Source of the DNA: Acidobacteriota bacterium
GTDB lineage: Bacteria > Acidobacteriota > UBA4820 > DSQY01
DNA: 64,000 nt
Reading direction: 5' to 3'
NCBI GenBank assembly: GCA_049967655.1
Contig: JBMFSH010000004.1
Location: 25,193 to 89,192 of the forward strand
Position 1 is the stretch's first letter; each line of letters opens with the position of its first letter. A program made the translations under genes and the position numbers. Under the pieces are notes generated by a model. That model was not told the origin of the DNA. It made no database searches and saw only the letters and a list, made by a program, of their open reading frames with translations. Of the stretch, positions 19,382 to 28,473 are shown piece by piece.

Positions 19382-20257
19382 TTGGCTCCTGTAAAAAACA
19401 AGGCCGTCATCGACCGCATTCGGCGCATCGACGCGCTGCTCCGCCAAAAGGGTGAGAAGGTGACCCTCTTCCGCCTGGCGGAGGCCCTCGGAGTCACGTC
19501 GAGGACCGTCTGTCGCGACCTGGATTTCATGAAAAGGGAGCTCGGGCTCCCCCTTGCGCACACCCCTCGCCGCGCTTACCACTACGCCATCCCGGTGCCC
19601 CCCCTGGACAGCTTCGATCCCTTGCAGATGGCCAGGGCGAAACCTGCCGCTCCCACCACGGCGGCCCTCAAGCGCCGTCAGGCAATCGAAGCCATCCACC
19701 AGGCCCTCTACTCCAACCGAAAGCTGCAGGTCCGTCTGACGGCGGAGGCCGGTGAAGACCCCGGCCCATTCGTGCTGCACCCCTTCTTTCTGTCCAAGGT
19801 CGCCGGCGAATGGGTGCTCTTCGCGTTTCGAGCGCAGGACCGCGCACTCGTCAATATCCCGGCGCGCCACTGCGGCGAGGTGAAGCTCCTGGACGAGACC
19901 TTCGCGGATTGCCCCGCGGGCCCCGCCAAGATGAGGGGAACCCAGGGCTGGCTGAGCAGGGGCAAGCTCTTCAGCGTGACCCTGCTCTTCGCGGACTGGG
20001 CTCGGTGGGCCGAACGCCTCATGCTGGTGCCCGGCCAGGAGACGTGGGTGCAGGACGGCCAGCTCCGCATCCGGTTCCGCACGGATGATCTCGAAGAGGT
20101 GCGCAGGCTCGTCCTGTTCATGGGCGAGGGGGTGACCGTGGAGGAGCCGGCCGTGCTCCGCTCCATCCTCCGGTTCCACCTGTTGAGGCTGCTCAAAACC
20201 TACAACCCACTCCCCCAGGATAGCGGGTCCGCCTCCTCCAGGGACGACTTGAGGTAG
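19382..20257 (+). CDS. HTH-WYL(-WCX) transcriptional regulator, PafC-like
   Basis: LAEALGVTSRTVCRDLDFMK HTH, LHPFFL...EWVLFAF WYL-like core, GEGVTVEEP..LR C-terminus. Confidence 0.82.
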   Translation: MAPVKNKAVIDRIRRIDALLRQKGEKVTLFRLAEALGVTSRTVCRDLDFMKRELGLPLAHTPRRAYHYAIPVPPLDSFDPLQMARAKPAAPTTAALKRRQAIEAIHQALYSNRKLQVRLTAEAGEDPGPFVLHPFFLSKVAGEWVLFAFRAQDRALVNIPARHCGEVKLLDETFADCPAGPAKMRGTQGWLSRGKLFSVTLLFADWARWAERLMLVPGQETWVQDGQLRIRFRTDDLEEVRRLVLFMGEGVTVEEPAVLRSILRFHLLRLLKTYNPLPQDSGSASSRDDLR

Positions 20258-21498
20258 CCCACCAGGTAAAGGCTGCCGGCCGCCACCACCAGACCGTCGC
20301 TTCCCGCCCACCGCCGCGCCGCCGCCAGAGCCTCGCCGGGGTCTTCGGCCAGGTCCGTCACGAGCCCACGGCTTCGGTGCCGGATGGTTTCGGGCCGCGC
20401 GCAACGGGCCATGGGAACCGCCGTGGCCCAAACGCGGCCGAAGGAGGGAAAGAGCAGCCGCGCCATGACGCCGATGGGCTTGTCCTTCATGGCCGTGAAG
20501 ACCAGGGCTCGGCGCCCCTCGGGCCGCCCCGCCACCCAGCGGGCCAAGGCGCGGCAGCCATCGGGGTTGTGGGCTCCGTCGAAGTAGGTTTCGGGAGATC
20601 GGACCGCGAGCTCCAAGCGCCCCGGCCACTTCGCCCCGGCGATCCCCTCCCGGATGGACTCATCGGGAAGGTGCCACCCCAACTGCCTCAAGACCCAGCA
20701 GCATCGGACCGCCAGCGCGGCGTTGTCCACCTGGTGCCCGCCGGGAAGGACAGGCAGGGGCAGATCCAGGGAGTCGCGGCCGCACACCATGCGCCAGCCT
20801 TTGGTTCCGACGCTCACCTGGCAGTCGCTCAGGGGAAGAAGACGGGTCCCGAGCCGCTCGGCCTCCCGCCGGAGGAGCGAAAGCACCCTGGGACCGCTGG
20901 CCGCCGTGAGGGCCGGCACACCGGGGCGGAAGATGCCCGCCTTCTCCCTCGCGATGCGCAGTACGCCCTTGCCCAACCACTCCTCGTGGTCCCTGCCCAC
21001 GTTGGTGACTACAGAGACCAGCGGATCGGCGATGTTGGTGCAGTCCAGCCGCCCTCCCAGGCCCACCTCCAGCACACCCGCCTCCACCCGCTCCCGCATG
21101 AAGTGGAGGAACCCCATGAGGGTGAGTGCCTCGAAGTAGGTCGGGTACCCCTCCAGAAGGCCGCTTCCCATGGCCGTCTCGGCCGTCGCCCTCAGGCGGC
21201 TGGCCGCTTCGGCGAAGTCCTCCTTGCCGATGATCCGTCCGTTCACGCGGACCCGCTCCCGCACGTCCACCAGGTGGGGAGAGGTGAAGAGCCCCGTGCG
21301 GTATCCGGCCCCCTGGAGGATCGCGGCCAGGTAGGCGGCCGTCGAGCCCTTGCCGTTCGTGCCTCCCACGATCACGGAGGGGAAGGAGCGCTGAGGGTCG
21401 CCAAGGGCCCCCGCCAGGGCGCGGGTGTGATCAAGCCCGACCTTGATGCCCATCTCGATGAGCTCATCAAGGTAGCGCAGCGATTGAGGGAAGTTCAT
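20200..21498 (-). CDS. folC: Folylpolyglutamate/dihydrofolate synthase
   Basis: GGTNGKGS, FTSPHL, EVGLGGRLD, WPGRLE, DGAHNP, GSLYLVG. Confidence 0.95.
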   Translation of the reverse strand: MNFPQSLRYLDELIEMGIKVGLDHTRALAGALGDPQRSFPSVIVGGTNGKGSTAAYLAAILQGAGYRTGLFTSPHLVDVRERVRVNGRIIGKEDFAEAASRLRATAETAMGSGLLEGYPTYFEALTLMGFLHFMRERVEAGVLEVGLGGRLDCTNIADPLVSVVTNVGRDHEEWLGKGVLRIAREKAGIFRPGVPALTAASGPRVLSLLRREAERLGTRLLPLSDCQVSVGTKGWRMVCGRDSLDLPLPVLPGGHQVDNAALAVRCCWVLRQLGWHLPDESIREGIAGAKWPGRLELAVRSPETYFDGAHNPDGCRALARWVAGRPEGRRALVFTAMKDKPIGVMARLLFPSFGRVWATAVPMARCARPETIRHRSRGLVTDLAEDPGEALAAARRWAGSDGLVVAAGSLYLVGYLKSSLEEADPLSWGSGL

Positions 21499-22355
21499 GG
21501 GGCGGTGGTCTTCCCCGTAAAGAGGGCCAGCAGCCGGACGAGGGTCTCCCGCATCTGGTTCCGGTGAACGACCAGGTCGAGAAAGCCCTTTTCGAGCAGG
21601 AACTCGGAGCGCTGGAATCCCTCCGGGAGCTTCTGGCGGATGGTCTGCTCGATCACCCGGGGACCGGCGAAGCCGATGAGCGCCCTCGGTTCGGCGATGT
21701 TCACGTCTCCCAGCATGGCGAAGGAGGCGGTGACGCCGCCCGTGGTGGGGTCGGTCATCACCGAAACGTAGGGCACCCCGGCCTCCCTGAGCCTTCCGAT
21801 GGCCGCGGAGATCTTTCCCATCTGCATGAGAGAGTAAACCGACTCCTGCATCCGCGCCCCTCCCGAGCAGGAGATGACGACCAGGGGCGCACGCGTGCGC
21901 AGGGCCTCCTCGGCCGCCCTGGTGATCTTCTCGCCCACCACGCTGCCCATGGAGCCCCCCATGAAGGCGTATTCCATGCAGGCGATGATCACGGGCATGC
22001 CTCCCATGGTACCCCTTGCGTTCAGCACCGCATCCTGGCTTCCCACCTGCCTCTGATACTGGAGCAGCCGGTCCTGGTAGCGCTTCTGGTCCTTGAACTT
22101 CAGCGGATCCGTGGGGGAGACGGCTTGGTCGAACTCCTCGTACCGCCCCTCATCGAAAAGCCCTTCGCAGCGCTGACGGGCCGAAATGCGGAAGTGGTAG
22201 TTGCACTTGGGGCAGACGTGGTTATTCTCGATCACGATCTGGGCGAACATGATCTGCCCGCAGGACTCGCACTTCATCCACATGCCGGCGGGCACGTGGA
22301 CGGAGCGCTCCTCGCCGTCCTGAAGCTCGGGTTTCTTCTTCTGACGAAACCACAT
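21495..22355 (-). CDS. accD: Acetyl-CoA carboxylase carboxyltransferase beta
   Basis: Zn finger WMKCESC...CPKC, FMGGSMGSVVGEK, SGGARMQE, GFAGPRVIEQT. Confidence 0.96.
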   Translation of the reverse strand: MWFRQKKKPELQDGEERSVHVPAGMWMKCESCGQIMFAQIVIENNHVCPKCNYHFRISARQRCEGLFDEGRYEEFDQAVSPTDPLKFKDQKRYQDRLLQYQRQVGSQDAVLNARGTMGGMPVIIACMEYAFMGGSMGSVVGEKITRAAEEALRTRAPLVVISCSGGARMQESVYSLMQMGKISAAIGRLREAGVPYVSVMTDPTTGGVTASFAMLGDVNIAEPRALIGFAGPRVIEQTIRQKLPEGFQRSEFLLEKGFLDLVVHRNQMRETLVRLLALFTGKTTAP

Positions 22356-22416
22356 GCGGTGATCTCCCGCACGGGAGTATACCCAAAAGCCTCGGGCCCG
22401 GCAAACCGCGGGGCGG

Positions 22417-22458
22417 GTGGAGGGCGGAGAGTGGAGGGTGGAGGGTGGAGGGTGGAGA
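22417..22458 (+). repeat. Six GTGGAGR-type heptamers
   Basis: gtggagg gcggaga gtggagg gtggagg gtggagg gtggaga. Confidence 0.9.
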
Positions 22459-22611
22459 GACCGTGGTAGAACTGTTCCCCCAATCCTACCCCTACCATTC
22501 CTACGCGTCTTGTTGCCCTTGTGGTGAATCCCTGTTCCGCGGTTTCCGAATGTCGAAGGTGGCGTGGCGGCGGGCGGCTTGTGCTACACTACGCGGGTTC
22601 GGAGGAGCGCA

Positions 22612-23319
22612 TTGCGACTGCTGCGTTGGATTATCTACGCAGGACTCTTCTTCGGTGGAATTGGCCTCGGGGGTTACCTGCTCATCCAATTCTCTTTTCT
22701 AGGCACCAACACGGCGGTACCGTTGGTCGTGGGGCTCACCGAGGACCAGGCGAACTGGCAGGCCAGCCGCTCCCACCTCCAGTTCGCGGTCCGGACCGAG
22801 CGATACGACTTGAAGGCCTCCAAGGGCACCGTCATCAGCCAGACTCCCAGCGCGGGGATGACGGTCCGCCGCGGCATGACCCTGCAGGTCGTCGTGAGCA
22901 AGGGGATCGAGAGCCTCGCCATGCCTAATCTTCTGGGGATGAGGATGGACGAGGCACAGCTCCAGATCCAGCAATCCGGCCTTCGGTGGCTCAACACGGC
23001 CTACGTCCACGCGCCAGCGGCCTCCTCGACCATCGTGGCGCAGGAGCCGCCGCCGGGACAGACCGTCCCGAGGGACGCCGACGTCTCCATCCTCGTGAGC
23101 GTGGGGCCTCCCTCCCCGACCTTCGTCATGCCCTACCTTGTGGGGCTGAACGCCCAGTCGGCGAAGGACCGGCTCCAGGCCTACGGCATCCAGTTCTCCA
23201 CGCCGCAGGTGACCCGAACACCCAGCGCCCCACCCGACACCGTGCTGGGGCAGACCCCGGGCCCCGGGATGCCTCTCCACAGGACCGATCTGGTCCAGCT
23301 CACGGTGAGCCAGCCATGA
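22612..23319 (+). CDS. Membrane-anchored protein with three PASTA domains
   Basis: One TM segment, then VPLVVG/MPNLLG/MPYLVG repeats each ending VISQTP/VAQEP/LGQTP; TTG start after GGAGGA. Confidence 0.85.
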   Translation: MRLLRWIIYAGLFFGGIGLGGYLLIQFSFLGTNTAVPLVVGLTEDQANWQASRSHLQFAVRTERYDLKASKGTVISQTPSAGMTVRRGMTLQVVVSKGIESLAMPNLLGMRMDEAQLQIQQSGLRWLNTAYVHAPAASSTIVAQEPPPGQTVPRDADVSILVSVGPPSPTFVMPYLVGLNAQSAKDRLQAYGIQFSTPQVTRTPSAPPDTVLGQTPGPGMPLHRTDLVQLTVSQP

Positions 23320-23984
23320 GCGGGGCACCCGCAAGGCTCCTCGCCCCGAGCATCCTCTCCGCCGACTTCGCCCGCCTGGCCGACCAGATCGCCCTCGTGG
23401 AGCCCCACAGCGGCCTTTTGCACGTGGACGTGATGGACGGCCGCTTCGTGCCCAATATCACGCTGGGGCCGCCGGTCGTGGCTAGACTCAAGGCCGTGGC
23501 GACCCTCCCCCTGGACTGCCACCTCATGATCGAGGAGCCGGACCGCTACCTCGCCGATTTCGCCCGGGCGGGAGCCTCGCTTCTCTCCGTTCACCAGGAG
23601 GCCTGCCCCCACCTCCACCGCACCATCCAGCGGATCAGGGAGGAGGGCATGCGGCCGGGCGTGGCGCTCAACCCCGCCACGCCTGTGGAGGCCCTCGACC
23701 TCGTTCTTCCCGACCTGGACTTCGTCCTGATCATGAGCGTGAACCCCGGATTCGGGGGCCAGCGGTTCATTCCGATGGCCCTGGACAAGATCAGGTCCCT
23801 CAAGAGGAGGGTCATGGAGCGAGAGCTCGCGCTGGCCATCGAGGTGGACGGCGGCGTGGCCGAGGAGACCCTTCCGGCCCTCGTGGATGCGGGCGCCGAC
23901 TGGTTCGTGGCGGGCTCCGCGATCTTCGGCGCCCCCGATCCGGCGGCGGCCGCCTCGCGCCTGGAGGGAATGCTCCGTGGATGA
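23316..23984 (+). CDS. rpe: Ribulose-phosphate 3-epimerase
   Basis: APSILSADF, HVDVMDGRFVPN, MSVNPGFGGQ, EVDGG. Confidence 0.96.
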   Translation: MSGAPARLLAPSILSADFARLADQIALVEPHSGLLHVDVMDGRFVPNITLGPPVVARLKAVATLPLDCHLMIEEPDRYLADFARAGASLLSVHQEACPHLHRTIQRIREEGMRPGVALNPATPVEALDLVLPDLDFVLIMSVNPGFGGQRFIPMALDKIRSLKRRVMERELALAIEVDGGVAEETLPALVDAGADWFVAGSAIFGAPDPAAAASRLEGMLRG

Positions 23985-24381
23985 GTGCAGGACCACGGTG
24001 CGGGTCCGGTACGTGGAGACGGACCAGATGGGCGTGGTGCACCATTCCGCCTATCTGGCCTGGATGGAGGTGGCCCGTACCGAGTACCTCCGGCAGCACG
24101 GCCTCGCCTACCGGGAGCTGGAGGAGAGCGGGACTCGCATGCCCGTGCTTCAGGTGCACGTTCAGTACCTGCGGCCAGCCCGCTACGACGACGAGGTGGA
24201 ACTGTTGGCCAGGCTGGCGGACAGCAGCGCGGTCCGCTTCCGATTCGAATACGAGATGTTTCGTAAGGGGGACGGCGCCTTGTTGTGCCGTGGTTATACG
24301 GAGCACGCGGCGACGGACCTGCAGGGCCGGCCCCGCCGGTTGCCCAGGGACCTGTTTGCCCTCATAGGAGGTCGATCGTGA
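23977..24381 (+). CDS. Acyl-CoA thioesterase, YbgC/4HBT family
   Basis: VRYVETDQMGVVHHSAYLAWMEVAR. Confidence 0.9.
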   Translation: MDECRTTVRVRYVETDQMGVVHHSAYLAWMEVARTEYLRQHGLAYRELEESGTRMPVLQVHVQYLRPARYDDEVELLARLADSSAVRFRFEYEMFRKGDGALLCRGYTEHAATDLQGRPRRLPRDLFALIGGRS

Positions 24382-25253
24382 AGAGTGCCAGGCTTCTCGC
24401 CGCCGCGCTGGTCGTCATGCTCTTGATGACCGCCGGCTGCCATCACCGCCGCCCCAAGGGCGAGGTGGCTCCCAAGCAGGTGACGCCGGTGGCCGTGCTG
24501 TACTCCAAGGGCATGGAGGCCCTCCGCAAGCACAAACCGGCCACCGCCCGGAAGTTTTTCGACCAGATCGCCCTGCGCGAGGACGCCGGCGAATACCGGG
24601 ACAAGGCCGCCATCGCCACGGCGGACAGCTACTACCAGGAGCACACCCTGGAATCCTACGCCGAGGCCATCAGCCGGTACCAGTCCTTCCTGGCCTTTCA
24701 CCCGACGGCCCCCGATGCGCCCTACTGCCAGTTCAGGATCGGCGAAGCCTACTTCGAGGAGATCAGCACGCCCGACCGGGACATCACGCCGGCCCTGAGC
24801 GCGAGGGATGCCTTCCAGGCCCTGATCGAGAACTATCCCAAGAGCTCATACGTGGCCGAGGCCAAACAGCGGATCCGCTCGATAAACGACTTTCTGGCCG
24901 CGCACGAGATCAAGGTGGGCGACTTCTACCTGAAGTACGGCCACCCCAAAGGGGCCATCGGCCGCTACCGGTACGCCATCGAGCACTACCCCACCTACTG
25001 GAACATGCCGCTCCTCTACTACCGCCTCGGCGAGGCCCTCTACCGGGACAACCAGGACAAGGAGGCGCTGCTCTACTTCACCCGCATCACCCAGGAGGTC
25101 CCCGGGACCGTCCTGTCGAAAAACGCGCGCAAGCAGATCGAGCGAATCCAGAAGCACCAGGCCGCCAAGGAGAAGGAGTCCAAGGTCTTCAAGGAGCCGC
25201 TCGTCAAGCCCAAGGCCGAAACCAAGCACTGGTGGCAGTTCTGGAAATGGTAG
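24378..25253 (+). CDS. bamD: Outer-membrane assembly lipoprotein BamD
   Basis: Lipobox TAGC, TPRs, FLAFHP, LIENYPKS, LAAHEIKVGDFY. Confidence 0.88.
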   Translation: MKSARLLAAALVVMLLMTAGCHHRRPKGEVAPKQVTPVAVLYSKGMEALRKHKPATARKFFDQIALREDAGEYRDKAAIATADSYYQEHTLESYAEAISRYQSFLAFHPTAPDAPYCQFRIGEAYFEEISTPDRDITPALSARDAFQALIENYPKSSYVAEAKQRIRSINDFLAAHEIKVGDFYLKYGHPKGAIGRYRYAIEHYPTYWNMPLLYYRLGEALYRDNQDKEALLYFTRITQEVPGTVLSKNARKQIERIQKHQAAKEKESKVFKEPLVKPKAETKHWWQFWKW

Positions 25254-25264
25254 AGGAGGGATAG

Positions 25265-27307
25265 ATGGCCCGCGACGACGACGGCAACCACTCCGGCTTC
25301 AAACCCGTGATCCCGGCCAGCCAGAACCTGCCCGAGATCACGGTGAAGGCGATCATTCTGGGCATCCTACTGGCGGTCATCCTGGCCGCGGCCAACGCGT
25401 ACCTGGGGCTCTTCGCGGGCATGACCGTCTCCGCCTCCATTCCGGCGGCGGTCATCTCCATGACCATCTTCTCCTTCTTCAAGCGCAGCAACATCCTGGA
25501 GAACAACATCGTCCAGACGGCCGCTTCGGCCGGCGAGGCCGTGGCCGCGGCGGCCGTCTTCACCATCCCGGGCCTCGTGATCCTCGGATACTGGAAGGAG
25601 TACAACTACTGGGAGACGCTCCTGATCTGCGCCCTGGGCGGGACCATCGGCGTCCTCTTCTCCGTCCCCCTCCGCCGCGCCCTGGTGGTGCACGGCGACA
25701 AGGAGATCAAGTTCCCCGAGGGCATCGCCACGGCCGAGGTGCTCAAGGCCGGCCAGGGGGAGGAGAGGGGCAGCCTCTCGGCCATCGTCTACGCGGCCCT
25801 CACGGGGGGCGTGCTGAAGTTCTGCCAGGACGCCGGGCTGAAGCTCTGGGCCTCCACCCTGGAGGTGGGCGCGCGGGTCGGCAACAGCATGGCCTACTTC
25901 GGCCTCGACCTCTCCCCCGCGCTCCTGGGCGTGGGCTACATCGTGGGGCTGAACATCGCCATTCTGGTGTTCCTTGGGGGCGCTCTCTCGTGGTGGATCG
26001 CCATCCCGCTCTACGCGGCCATCCACGGATGGCCTACCGGGGCGCACGATGCGGTCGAGGCGGCCAACACGCTCTGGAGCAGCCAGATCCGCTACCTGGG
26101 CGTGGGCGCCATGTGCGTGGGCGGCTTCTGGGCCCTGATCCAGCTCCGCAGCCAGCTCCTCACCGGCGTCAAGAGCGGGCTTCAGGCGCTGAAGGACGAG
26201 AAGGGCGGGAGCGCCATCGAGCGGACGGACAAGGACATGCCCATGATCTGGGTCCTGGTCTTCTCGTTCCTGGCCATCATTCCCCTCTTTTTCATCTACC
26301 ACCTGGTGGTCTCCAAGCTGGCCGTCAGCCTGGTGATGGCCGTGATCATGCTCATCGCCGGTTTCCTCTTCGCGGCGGTGGCCGGCTACATGGCCGGGCT
26401 GGTGGGCTCCTCCAACAACCCCATCTCGGGAGTCACCATCGCCACCATCCTCTTCGCCTCCCTGGTCCTGCTGCTCTTCCTGGGCCGTGGCAACCCCGCG
26501 GGGCCCGCCGCCGCCATCCTCATCGGCGCCGTGGTCTGCTGCGCCGCCTCCATCGCGGGCGACAACCTCCAGGACCTCAAGGCGGGATACCTGGTCGGCT
26601 CCACGCCGTGGAAGCAGGAGTTCATGCTGGTCGTGGGGGTGCTCTCCTCGGCCTTCGTCATCGCGCCCGTCCTGCACGTCCTGAACCTCAAGTACGGCGT
26701 CGGAATCCCCTTCAACGCCACCCCGGCCTGGATCCAGGCCCATCCCAACCCGCTGCCGGCGCCCCAGGCCACCCTCATGGCGGCCGTCTCCAAGGGCGTC
26801 TTCATGGGCGGCCTCCCCTGGACCATGGTGGCCATCGGGGCCGTGATCGCCGTGGGAATCATCGCCCTCGACCAATATCTCAAGGCCAGGGGCAGTGAGT
26901 TCCGCACGCCGGTCCTGGCGGTGGCCGTGGGCATCTACCTCCCCTTCTCCCTTTCCACCCCGATTCTCGTGGGAGGCATGGTGGCCTACTTTGCGGCCAG
27001 GCTCAGGAACAAGGCGGCCAAGGGCGCCTCCAAGGACCTGCTGACCCGCCTGAAGGCGGCCGAGGCCGACGGGGACAAGAAGGGGTTGCTCTTTGCCTCG
27101 GGCCTCATTACCGGCGAGGCGCTCATGGGCATTCTCCTGGCGGTGCCCATCACTCTGGCCGGCATGTGGCCCGTCTTCAAAGGCGACTTCCTCGCCCTCT
27201 TCCCCCAGCCCCCGCTTGGGGCCTGGCCCGGCGTCGCCGTCCTCGCCGTCGTGGTCTACGCGCTCTACCGCGTGGTGGCCCAACCGACGAAGGAGGCGAC
27301 GAAGTGA
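25265..27307 (+). CDS. OPT-family oligopeptide transporter
   Basis: ANAYLGLFAGMTVSASIPAAVIS, ENNIVQT, FPEG.A.AEVL, GSSNNPISG, DNLQDLKAG. Confidence 0.93.
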   Translation: MARDDDGNHSGFKPVIPASQNLPEITVKAIILGILLAVILAAANAYLGLFAGMTVSASIPAAVISMTIFSFFKRSNILENNIVQTAASAGEAVAAAAVFTIPGLVILGYWKEYNYWETLLICALGGTIGVLFSVPLRRALVVHGDKEIKFPEGIATAEVLKAGQGEERGSLSAIVYAALTGGVLKFCQDAGLKLWASTLEVGARVGNSMAYFGLDLSPALLGVGYIVGLNIAILVFLGGALSWWIAIPLYAAIHGWPTGAHDAVEAANTLWSSQIRYLGVGAMCVGGFWALIQLRSQLLTGVKSGLQALKDEKGGSAIERTDKDMPMIWVLVFSFLAIIPLFFIYHLVVSKLAVSLVMAVIMLIAGFLFAAVAGYMAGLVGSSNNPISGVTIATILFASLVLLLFLGRGNPAGPAAAILIGAVVCCAASIAGDNLQDLKAGYLVGSTPWKQEFMLVVGVLSSAFVIAPVLHVLNLKYGVGIPFNATPAWIQAHPNPLPAPQATLMAAVSKGVFMGGLPWTMVAIGAVIAVGIIALDQYLKARGSEFRTPVLAVAVGIYLPFSLSTPILVGGMVAYFAARLRNKAAKGASKDLLTRLKAAEADGDKKGLLFASGLITGEALMGILLAVPITLAGMWPVFKGDFLALFPQPPLGAWPGVAVLAVVVYALYRVVAQPTKEATK

Positions 27308-27359
27308 TTGAGGGATGGAGCGGTTAGGCGATTAAGCGATTAAGCAATTGAGCGATTGA
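27304..27359 (+). repeat. Seven degenerate GCGATT-family octamers
   Basis: gtgattga gggatgga gcggttag gcgattaa gcgattaa gcaattga gcgattga; starts at the OPT stop codon. Confidence 0.88.
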
Positions 27360-27363
27360 GCTA

Positions 27364-27397
27364 AGAAAGGGCGGAGCCGGGCGGCTCCGCCCTTTCT
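27364..27397. terminator. Probable bidirectional terminator
   Basis: 15-bp perfect stem AGAAAGGGCGGAGCC / GGCTCCGCCCTTTCT between convergent genes. Confidence 0.8.
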
Positions 27398-27491
27398 GTG
27401 TCGCGTCCTGAGGATCCGCGGTTGAAGCTGGGCTGGCGGCGGAGGGGCCGCCGTTCTGGCGCGGCCGGTCTGCTCCAGCCCGAGCCTTGGC

Positions 27492-28280
27492 CTAGCTCCA
27501 CTTCTGGAGGAGCTTCTCGGCCTTCGGCTTGATGGAGGCGAACTCAGGGGCCCACCGCGGGTCGGGCGTCATGCCCACGATCGTCTTGACCTGCTCGAGG
27601 GCCTTGTCCTTCATGCCCTCGGCCTTGTAGACCTCGGCCAGGTAGAGGCGCGTGAGGGCGTTGGTGGGAGCGCCCTTCAGCGAGGCCTCCAGATACTGGA
27701 TGGACTTCTTGTTGTCGCCCCCCTTGAACCAGGGCAGCTTGTAGTACATCCGCCCGAGCACCCGGTCGGGGCCGTAGCCCTCCACCGCCGGGTCCAGCTC
27801 CTGGCACGTCTGCATCTCCTGCTTGATGCTCGGCACCAGGCTGAGGGACTTGAAGATCCCCTTGGCCTCACCGTAGACCCCGTAGAGCACGCCGAGCCAG
27901 AAGTGGCCCTCCACCCCCTTGGGCTCGAGCGCCACTGCGGCCTTGGCGCGGTCGATGCCGTCCTGGAAGATGGTCATCTTCTCGTCGCTGGAGGCCTTGG
28001 CGCGGGTGTATTCGCCGTAGAAGTAGCAGGCCCTGGCCCCACGCCACAGGGCGTCGTAGGACTTCGGGTCCGCCTTGGCCGCCTCCGCGAAGAGCTGCAT
28101 GGCCGCTCTCGCCTCTTCCGGGTTGGCCCGCTGCTCATAGGCCGCCTTCGCTTTTTCCAGTGGCGACTGGGCCGCCGGAGCTTGGGACGAAGGAGCTTGG
28201 GCTGGCGGAGCCTGGGCGCACACGCCCATCACCCCGGCCGCCAAGAAGACCAGAATCCCCCACGAGACCTGTGTTTTCAT
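27492..28280 (-). CDS. Exported TPR protein (TatT-like)
   Basis: Signal peptide, helical repeats, GHFWLGVLYG and LGRMYYKLPWFKGGD. Confidence 0.7.
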   Translation of the reverse strand: MKTQVSWGILVFLAAGVMGVCAQAPPAQAPSSQAPAAQSPLEKAKAAYEQRANPEEARAAMQLFAEAAKADPKSYDALWRGARACYFYGEYTRAKASSDEKMTIFQDGIDRAKAAVALEPKGVEGHFWLGVLYGVYGEAKGIFKSLSLVPSIKQEMQTCQELDPAVEGYGPDRVLGRMYYKLPWFKGGDNKKSIQYLEASLKGAPTNALTRLYLAEVYKAEGMKDKALEQVKTIVGMTPDPRWAPEFASIKPKAEKLLQKWS

Positions 28281-28473
28281 GGGACACCTCCTGATGCTCC
28301 CACCTTACCACGGCCGGGGCCCTGGCGCCCCCCAGGTTGCAATTCCGACAAAGAGCCGTGATGAACGGGCAACAGCGCCTCCTTAGCCTGAGCGTGACCG
28401 GCCATGCCCCGGAGGCGGACGGCAGGGGTCGGCCGATTCGCGAACCGGAAGAAGGACCGGAAAGGAGGCAGAT

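Noticed and set aside
28330..28473. Riboswitch or Pho box ahead of the porin gene
   Set aside because: GC-rich hairpins are possible, but I could not match any known aptamer or direct-repeat box by eye; an Rfam scan would be needed.
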